From: a virus | Lineage: Duplodnaviria > Caudoviricetes | Length of the DNA stretch: 64,000 nucleotides | IMG/VR virus record: IMGVR_UViG_3300028596_000001 | Strand: one strand, 5' to 3' | Part shown: positions 20,228 through 26,197 of the stretch, piece after piece | Position numbering within the stretch: the stretch's first letter is position 1 | How the letters are laid out: each line of letters begins with the position of its first letter | The notes under the pieces: generated by a model | The model's database searches: none | What the model was told of the DNA's origin: nothing | The model's input: the letters and a program-made list of their open reading frames with translations, nothing else | Made by a program: the position numbers and the translations under genes

Positions 20228-20373
20228 GAGGGGAGGTTTTCAGTGGCTGCCCTTACGGGGTCGCCCAACCAGTGCAACGAGGCAGACGAAAATACTGGTT
20301 GTTGCTTAAGGACCTCCTAACCTAAGCTGGAGCAGCGCAGCAGGTCGAAGATAAAGCAAGGATGGCATCCCCT
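20228..20373 (-). ncRNA. Unidentified structured RNA, about 146 nt
   Basis: GAGGGGA/TCCCCTC ends, GGAGGT/ACCTCC, CAACCAGT/ACTGGTTG and a CCC-GTAA-GGG GNRA hairpin on the minus strand. Confidence 0.5.
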
Positions 20374-20476
20374 CAAAGTCATACTGCCGGCCAGGCTGCC
20401 TGAACTAAACGAGAGGATACCTGATGAACAAGCAATGGGGTGTGCTTATTCACCTACACGGCCGCTAGACCATGTT

Positions 20477-20565
20477 TGGAGGGGAGCTGGTCGGACTCGA
20501 ACCGACGACCTATGGGTGAGGGACTAGTATCACCCACCGCGCTAACCAACTGCGCTACAACTCCC
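20477..20565 (-). ncRNA. tRNA-like RNA with an enlarged anticodon arm (no assignable anticodon)
   Basis: GGGAGTT/AGCTCCC acceptor, D arm AGCGCAGTTGGTTAGCGC, T arm GTCGG-TTCGAGT-CCGAC and encoded CCA, but the anticodon arm is GTGGGTGA-TACTAGTCCC-TCACCCAT (26 nt instead of 17). Confidence 0.8.
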
Positions 20566-20570
20566 ACATT

Positions 20571-20646
20571 TGGCTCCGTAACCAGGACTCGAACCTGGGA
20601 CCCACGCATTAACAGTGCGTTGCTCTACCGACTGAGCTATCACGGA
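20571..20646 (-). tRNA. trnN: tRNA-Asn (GTT)
   Basis: Canonical 76-nt cloverleaf TCCGTGA...TTACGGA-G-CCA; anticodon loop CT-GTT-AA. Confidence 0.97.
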
Positions 20647-20655
20647 AGAAATCTT

Positions 20656-20780
20656 GACGGTCCAATTCGGACTTTTACCGCACTTACACAAGAGCTTGCG
20701 GCTCAAGGGAGCCCGACCGTCCGGGCGCCGAGTGCTTTCTTTACCTACCAGGGTTCCTTGATCAATGGTCCTTTGTAAGT
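20656..20780 (-). ncRNA. Pseudoknotted structured RNA between tRNA-Trp and tRNA-Asn
   Basis: ACTTACA/TGTAAGT, nested TCAAGGGA(G)CCC/GGGTTCCTTGA, and a crossing GACGGTC/GACCGTC helix. Confidence 0.5.
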
Positions 20781-20785
20781 TAATG

Positions 20786-20861
20786 TGGCAGTCCAGTCAG
20801 GAGTCGAACCTGAAACCTACGGCTTTGGAGGCCGTTGCTCTGCCAGTTGAGCTACTGAACC
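20786..20861 (-). tRNA. trnW: tRNA-Trp (CCA)
   Basis: Canonical cloverleaf GGTTCAG...CTGGACT-G-CCA; anticodon arm ACGGC-CTCCAAA-GCCGT. Confidence 0.97.
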
Positions 20862-20942
20862 AAATAGGTCCTTCCCGGGAGGGAAGGAAGGGTGCAACCG
20901 GGTTTCCTGCTTCAGTGTATATTTCTTTACAAACCTTTTAGC

Positions 20943-21027
20943 TGGGGGAGGTGGATTTCGGACCCTACCACCATTTCACACGGTACTAGAAAATTCCCGT
21001 GTGGAGTTTAAGCTTAACTTACCCCCC
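20943..21027 (-). ncRNA. Degenerate cloverleaf (tRNA-like) RNA ending in CCA
   Basis: GGGGGGT/ACCTCCC 7-bp acceptor followed by CCA, a GTT/AAC mini D arm, CACACGG/CCGTGTG stem with a 13-nt loop, and a T-loop-like GGG-TCCGAAA-TCC. Confidence 0.55.
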
Positions 21028-21034
21028 GTTTACA

Positions 21035-21135
21035 CTGACGCGATTGCGGCGAGCCGACCTGACCGTCGGCTAATACCAGGATAAAGATCCCGGTTCGTTG
21101 CGGCTGTAGGAAGCCGTTGAGAAACCTACAGTCGG
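21035..21135 (-). ncRNA. Multi-hairpin structured module
   Basis: AGCCGAC/GTCGGCT, GGAT/ATCC and GGCTGTAGG/CCTACAGTC stems filling the space between two tRNA-like RNAs. Confidence 0.4.
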
Positions 21136-21142
21136 AACAAGA

Positions 21143-21282
21143 CAGAGAGTGCACGATTCGAACGTGCGGACCCACATCCCGTAAGTTGCAGATAATGGGT
21201 ACATCCGGTTTCTACGCCCCAACCACGCCGTGGCTAGGTTAAGCGTACCACCAGACTCCTTAAACCACTCGGACAACTCTCT
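21143..21282 (-). ncRNA. tRNA-Ser-type scaffold with a long hairpin inserted in the anticodon loop and an extended variable arm (140 nt)
   Basis: AGAGAGT/ACTCTCT acceptor plus G discriminator, Ser-type D arm TCCGAGTGGTTTAAGGA, T arm GCACG-TTCGAAT-CGTGC, anticodon stem TCTGG/CCGGA enclosing 42 nt; no encoded CCA. Confidence 0.8.
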
Positions 21283-21288
21283 AGAATA

Positions 21289-21365
21289 TGGCGCGACCAG
21301 AGGGACTCGAACCCTCGACCATCCGCGTGACAGGCGGATATTCTAACCGGCTGAACTATGGCCGC
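21289..21365 (-). tRNA. trnD: tRNA-Asp (GTC)
   Basis: Canonical 77-nt cloverleaf GCGGCCA...TGGTCGC-G-CCA; anticodon loop CT-GTC-AC. Confidence 0.97.
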
Positions 21366-21413
21366 GAAAAACTGCTTTGTTACATATGATACAAACACCG
21401 AGTAAAAAGTTAA

Positions 21414-21614
21414 GGAGGGGTGGATTCGGATTGTTACACCCTAGCCCGTCCCCTCCTGTCCTCTGGATCACGTAAACGAGGTGCACCTCCGATACGTGTA
21501 AAGAGCCGCCTCAATAAGCTTGTTAGGATCCGGGCCTGCATCCTTGGGAGGACGGAGGGGCGGAAACGAGCAAGGGTAAGCTTATCGTGACTAAGGGCGT
21601 TTGACATGGCCCCC
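21414..21614 (-). ncRNA. Unidentified long-stem structured RNA, about 200 nt
   Basis: About 16-bp helix CCG(T)CCCCTCC(T)GTCCTC / GAGGACGGAGGGGCGG; 5' G-run; 3' motif TCCGAATCCACCCCTCC shared with the 20943-21027 element. Confidence 0.5.
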
Positions 21615-21766
21615 ATAGGTTTAGCTTAGAGAAACTTGTCATCGTAACTCATCGCATCATAGCAATCCGGCTCCACCTTAAGGTTCCGGATGATCTCTCA
21701 AGGAGATTCGGTTTAGGTGTCGAGAAAGCACACCTGTTGTATATAATGGAATTATGCAGTAACCAA

Positions 21767-22537
21767 TTAATTTTTTCTGGTCATCGGCATTATGCTCCAG
21801 GTACCATTTTCTTGACTTAATGAAAAAGCTGTACAGTCGCTATAGGAAATCAGCTGACATCCAGCCTGCACAGTTCTGAGTTCGTAGTAATCGAACTCAC
21901 CGACGCCCAGCTTAAAAATGGGCTTAAACCCGTCTGTAGTGATAAGCCCGTAAATAACACCGGCGGCATGCAGTGTTCCGAGTAAACCATTGTGTCGCGG
22001 TTTCTCGGTTATGTGTAGCCAGTACGGTCCTTTTGAGATAAACTCGGCTTCGGTTATTGCGGTCATTACAGAACGGATTACTTCATGGTGTTGCTCAGTG
22101 AGGCCACTTCTGTTTGGTATGTTGAAGAATGTCTGTGGTTCGCTACCCTGGATAGACCCGCCATGCAACACACTGCGCATCTCCTCGGACATCCCAGGAT
22201 AACGGAATGCGGGATCGCGGTCTTCAGGTTTAACTCCAAAAGCTTCACGGAGTGGCTGCATGACCGTCTCTGTTGCTTGTGCGGCAGCTACAGCCCTGGG
22301 GATGCCTGTCTCCAGTTCGTGCAGCGTACGGTCGAGCAACAACACCCCTTGGTCGTTGAGAACGATTACGTCACCATCGATGTTGACGTGCCGGCTTTTG
22401 TAATCACCCAAAGCCTCTACAACCAAACGTGGCGAACCATTTTCGTTTTTAGGGTATACCCCGAACTGTACCGCCCCGTCAAAGGTAATGATCTTGACCC
22501 CTAAATCCGGTCTGATAACCTTTACGATAATGCCCAT
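21767..22537 (-). CDS. Hypothetical protein, 256 aa; N-terminal domain paralogous to the upstream 77-aa protein
   Basis: ORF start overlaps the upstream stop (TAATG). Confidence 0.7.
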   Translation of the reverse strand: MGIIVKVIRPDLGVKIITFDGAVQFGVYPKNENGSPRLVVEALGDYKSRHVNIDGDVIVLNDQGVLLLDRTLHELETGIPRAVAAAQATETVMQPLREAFGVKPEDRDPAFRYPGMSEEMRSVLHGGSIQGSEPQTFFNIPNRSGLTEQHHEVIRSVMTAITEAEFISKGPYWLHITEKPRHNGLLGTLHAAGVIYGLITTDGFKPIFKLGVGEFDYYELRTVQAGCQLISYSDCTAFSLSQENGTWSIMPMTRKN

Positions 22538-22770
22538 TATCGCCCAGCCCCTTTCACATGATCTGAGTGAGTGGTGCCCAGGTGCGTGCCGGTATCACTG
22601 TACAGTTCTACCCGACCTTCGAAGTCCACGTCGGATTTTTCATCCTTGTTGAAACGCATAAACGGTTTGTGACCAGCGCCTTTGTGGAAAATCACATCCA
22701 CACAACCTTCTTTGACGATAACTCGTTCCAGGCTGTTGTCTGCCCGATGAATCTTGATAATCAAACCCAT
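22537..22770 (-). CDS. Hypothetical protein, 77 aa
   Basis: ORF with a GAGGAG RBS. Confidence 0.7.
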   Translation of the reverse strand: MGLIIKIHRADNSLERVIVKEGCVDVIFHKGAGHKPFMRFNKDEKSDVDFEGRVELYSDTGTHLGTTHSDHVKGAGR

Positions 22771-22805
22771 GACTACTCTCCTCGAAATACTAAAATGCGC
22801 TATAA

Positions 22806-22836
22806 TACCCTACCTACCGCAGTGGTAGGTAGGGTA
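22806..22836 (-). terminator. Terminator-like hairpin
   Basis: 13-bp perfect stem TACCCTACCTACC/GGTAGGTAGGGTA. Confidence 0.65.
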
Positions 22837-22852
22837 CCACTAAACGTAGACC

Positions 22853-23470
22853 TTAGGCTGCCTCGCCCTTGGCTTCTTTCTTACCTGGCTTACCTTCGCC
22901 CTCGATCTTTTCTTTGGGCTCTTCCACCTTTGGCTTCAGATGCTCAGGACGCACGCTCGGCGCCGCAGGGATTTCCCCGAGTTCGAAAGTGACCACTTCC
23001 CCGCCGCTGAACGCATCCAGCTTGTTGGCCACCTTGATAGCGCCTGGGGCGTCTTTACCCACCACCATAGCCGCCATGGCGAAACGCATGCCGCTGCCAG
23101 CTGCTACCGGAGGAGGCATAGGCAACAGGAACTGTTCTTCCCCGCGCTTCTCCTTGTTGGCGTAAACGTTCCAGATGAAGCAGTCGTGCTTCTCGGTGAT
23201 GATGAATGCTTCGAAGTCGAGTTCGTCCAGGTGCTCTACCCGGCTCTTGTAGTCGATGCCCTTGCGCAGATGCTCTTTGATGTAATCAACCGACTTGGCC
23301 TGACCACACAAAGCAAAAGCGATTACCTTAACCCCGTTAGCTTCCCAGTACTCAGTAGCATCGTCAGGAGTGTAGATCTTCTTGAAAGCCCCAGGCATCA
23401 CCATGTTGTGCCCACGAGTAACCTGAGAATCCGATGACAGTTTCTTCCCGTCAAAAGCTATGGTTGTCAT
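22853..23470 (-). CDS. HslV/proteasome-beta-like N-terminal-threonine (Ntn) hydrolase, 205 aa
   Basis: N-terminus M-TTIAFDGKKLSSDSQVT and the AAGSG motif typical of Ntn proteases; GGAAGGA RBS; early promoter at 23577-23594. Confidence 0.7.
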   Translation of the reverse strand: MTTIAFDGKKLSSDSQVTRGHNMVMPGAFKKIYTPDDATEYWEANGVKVIAFALCGQAKSVDYIKEHLRKGIDYKSRVEHLDELDFEAFIITEKHDCFIWNVYANKEKRGEEQFLLPMPPPVAAGSGMRFAMAAMVVGKDAPGAIKVANKLDAFSGGEVVTFELGEIPAAPSVRPEHLKPKVEEPKEKIEGEGKPGKKEAKGEAA

Positions 23471-24007
23471 TTACGTTGTTTCCTTCCTCGAGTGAACCTG
23501 CTGTTTTGTTCAACCTAGCACAGATAAGCAATAAGATAACCTACTAGATTAAAATTACTTCTCCTAGCTCTACCCCAGTAATGTAGATCCTAAATATTCC
23601 TAGGTTGCGTAATAAACCCTACCCAAGCCCCTCCAGGAGCTAAGGTATATTAAATAATTATTTTCTTAATTTCAAATACATTCTATAAGGTGTATGTATG
23701 TATGTATGTAAGGCGCTACGCGCCTATGGGTACTATGCTAAAGCATATAGAAGCTAGGTCGTCGTCATCTACAAGTAGAAGACTCCTCGTCTAGACATCC
23801 CCCCGGAATAGATACTCTCTTCGTTTCATTCGCCTAGGGGCTCATTCCACTACGTTCGCATCTATTCCGTCCCCCCTTCAAAATCTCGAAGGTGAAACGG
23901 CAATTAACATAACATATATAAACCTGGTAAAAATATCTTACTTACTAGCTAGGGGTAACACCCTGGTTAGTAGGGGATGCTATAGGCCGTCTTAAAGGTA
24001 ACTAGAC
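23471..24007. other. Divergent non-coding control region, candidate replication origin
   Basis: About 540 bp with no ORF, an AT-rich core, a (TGTA)x5 tract at 23691-23710, inverted repeats and 10 CTAG sites. Confidence 0.4.
23577..23594 (-). promoter_or_regulatory. Putative early promoter of the Ntn-hydrolase gene
   Basis: TTTAGGATCTACATTACT. Confidence 0.55.
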
Positions 24008-24856
24008 ATGAACGCAGTTCAATATGCAATTAACCGCTTGTTCGGTAGTGACATCGATGACTACCTGCTCAAGCTAGCCTTTGAGAAGAACCCCAACACT
24101 AACTGGTCTGGTAACTGGTACAACACAGTTAACGCTACCACGGTAGAACAAGGAGTCCTCGAAAAGGTTATCCACCGTACTGTACTCCCTGCGTGTAACG
24201 CTCGGGGTGGTAAGACTGAATACATCGACTTGAGCGGTAGCCGTATCCGTGACCTGGGTAACGGCTGTGTTGAAGTCAACGTACCAGATATCGTTACTGG
24301 TGGTCGCAAGATCATTTCGGTAGCGGAAGTGTATCTGGGAAGCATGACCTCGGCTACTGGTATGCTGGGGGTAGGCATCAACGACTCGGCTCTCTGTGGC
24401 CAGGGTTCGATCTCGGACATGACCCAAAGCTTGCTGGACAGTATCTCGCCTAGCCGGACCATGCCGATCACCTACACCAACCTGCACATGACCGGGCACA
24501 ACTGCTTTGTTATCTTCGGGCTGAACACCGGCACGTTCTCCATGTCGGCTAAAATGACTTTGGAGTACGACGAAGGCCTAAGCAGTATCTCTACTCGTCA
24601 CCATGAGCTCTTTGCTGACTTGGTAGAACTCGCTGTTAAAGCGTACATCTTCCGCACCTGCCGTCGCCCTACCAGCGAAGCTATCAAGCGTAGTGGTGTT
24701 TCCTTGGATGACATCAAGGACGACATCTCCAACTACCGTGACTCCTGGGAGCAGTACAAGGAGATGGTCAAAACTACCTGGACCCAGGCTATGGCTTGGA
24801 GCGACCGCCTGAACGTGACTAACACTATCAGGTCGTCTGTCCCTCGCCGTATGTAA
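24008..24856 (+). CDS. Conserved core protein, probable virion structural protein, 282 aa
   Basis: Long ORF with an AAAGGT RBS; first gene of a plus-strand operon converging on terL. Confidence 0.7.
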   Translation: MNAVQYAINRLFGSDIDDYLLKLAFEKNPNTNWSGNWYNTVNATTVEQGVLEKVIHRTVLPACNARGGKTEYIDLSGSRIRDLGNGCVEVNVPDIVTGGRKIISVAEVYLGSMTSATGMLGVGINDSALCGQGSISDMTQSLLDSISPSRTMPITYTNLHMTGHNCFVIFGLNTGTFSMSAKMTLEYDEGLSSISTRHHELFADLVELAVKAYIFRTCRRPTSEAIKRSGVSLDDIKDDISNYRDSWEQYKEMVKTTWTQAMAWSDRLNVTNTIRSSVPRRM

Positions 24857-24865
24857 GGAACTACC

Positions 24866-26191
24866 ATGACAGCATTTGTCCCCTTCAGTTGGTTTGAGCC
24901 GCTAAGCGACCACGGACCAGGTTGCGTTGATGGCATGGAGGCGCTCTTCAGTGATATCAACTACAAGAGCACCAACGCCATCCTCCCAGTGTGTGAGAAG
25001 TTCGGTACTTACTTGGACATCACCCCGCAATGGGCTTTAGCACTGCGCCGCTATGTTTATAACTTCATCACCCGTCGGGTAGGTCTGGTGGATTACCAAG
25101 AGTTCTTTGGCAGTCCTTATCTGGGTCTTCAGAAAATTACTTTTACCACTGGCGACCGTAACCTATGGTTCAGTGAAATCTTCGACGTCGATGAAGAAGA
25201 GCTGAAAGAGAACCTGCACGAAGTACAGTCCATTCAGAAAGAGTGGAACGTAGTGGGGGATGTGTTCAACATTACCATCCCCTATCTACTGTATCGTGTT
25301 CACCATTCCAAGCTGGATGCCAAGACCAAGCATCAGGCCATGGTGGACATCATCTGCATGTACCACTACAAGTGCTTCACCAGCATTATCCACAACGACT
25401 ACCCCTACCAAGCACGGAAGGAAGTGGTTCTGGAAACCTACAACCGTCTGAGCCTGAAATACGACATCAAGCGTTACGGTAGCTGGCGTGCATTGATCGA
25501 GGCTCGTGCTGAGTTCATCATCGACCCCAAGACCGGTATCCACTTCGATGCCTTTGCCAAAATGGACGATGATAAAAAGATCGTCTACATGGTAGGTGAC
25601 ATCCAGAACCGGTTCCGTCGTTTGATCAACGACATCAACAAAGTGTTCCACGAAGTAAAGAACAAGACCAACATTGTCTCCATTGAAGGAGCCAAGGTTA
25701 ACCTCAAGGATGAGTTGACCATTAAGTCGGTGTCGAAGGAAGTTAGTCAGTACAACTTGTATATCGAACGTATCCTTACCGAGGAGACTTCTTTCTACAA
25801 ACCTGAACTGATTAACTATGCCTCTTCCGTATTGGAACACCCGAATACCGAGAAGCTAGGGTTCTTGGTGCAGTCGTTCCCTGGGGCCTACAACAACCCC
25901 CGAGACAAGCACTGCAAGAAATTTGTGGACGCTGTAATTACCCACATGTTCGAATACCTTCACAGTAACGGCATCAAGAAGACTAACGTCTACGAAGTGC
26001 TGGTTCGTCTCCGCGGAGCTTACGGGGCTCCCAAGAGTAAGAACGATACTGTTAAGGACGTTCGTAACTTCGGTGAAGACATCGTCAAGTACCTCACTGG
26101 TATCAAGACTCCTCAGACAGTGCAGTCGCTCCGTGCTGGCTTGAGTCTGTATATCGTTCTCCGCATCCTATCCAAAGACTACTACGAGTAA
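24866..26191 (+). CDS. Conserved core protein, probable virion structural protein, 441 aa
   Basis: Long ORF with an AAGGA RBS and typical codon usage. Confidence 0.7.
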   Translation: MTAFVPFSWFEPLSDHGPGCVDGMEALFSDINYKSTNAILPVCEKFGTYLDITPQWALALRRYVYNFITRRVGLVDYQEFFGSPYLGLQKITFTTGDRNLWFSEIFDVDEEELKENLHEVQSIQKEWNVVGDVFNITIPYLLYRVHHSKLDAKTKHQAMVDIICMYHYKCFTSIIHNDYPYQARKEVVLETYNRLSLKYDIKRYGSWRALIEARAEFIIDPKTGIHFDAFAKMDDDKKIVYMVGDIQNRFRRLINDINKVFHEVKNKTNIVSIEGAKVNLKDELTIKSVSKEVSQYNLYIERILTEETSFYKPELINYASSVLEHPNTEKLGFLVQSFPGAYNNPRDKHCKKFVDAVITHMFEYLHSNGIKKTNVYEVLVRLRGAYGAPKSKNDTVKDVRNFGEDIVKYLTGIKTPQTVQSLRAGLSLYIVLRILSKDYYE

Positions 26192-26197
26192 ACACAC

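Noticed and set aside
20085-20430. Hammerhead ribozyme or C/D-box RNA suggested by two CTGATGA motifs
   Set aside because: No stem II followed by GAAA and no correctly placed box D; the motif is also on the strand opposite the tRNAs.
20477-20565. tRNA-Sec (TCA occurs in the arm)
   Set aside because: No 8-bp acceptor stem, no long variable arm, and the TCA lies in a stem.
20477-21282. Amber-suppressor tRNA or TAG recoding suggested by CTA in the mimic loops
   Set aside because: CTA is not centred in a 7-nt loop, genes read through normally in the standard code, and TAG is used as a true stop (e.g. 38908, 42259, 44726).
19993-21616. Track ORFs 19993-20277, 20440-20778, 21070-21276 and 21434-21616 in the RNA cluster
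   Set aside because: They overlap tRNAs or paired RNA modules, lack an RBS and lack the codon bias of real genes.
21414-21750. tmRNA
   Set aside because: The GGATTCG-like motif is suggestive, but there is no GGGGC(T/C)G...CAGCTCCACCA acceptor with a G3-U70 alanine identity and no tag reading frame ending in ALAA.
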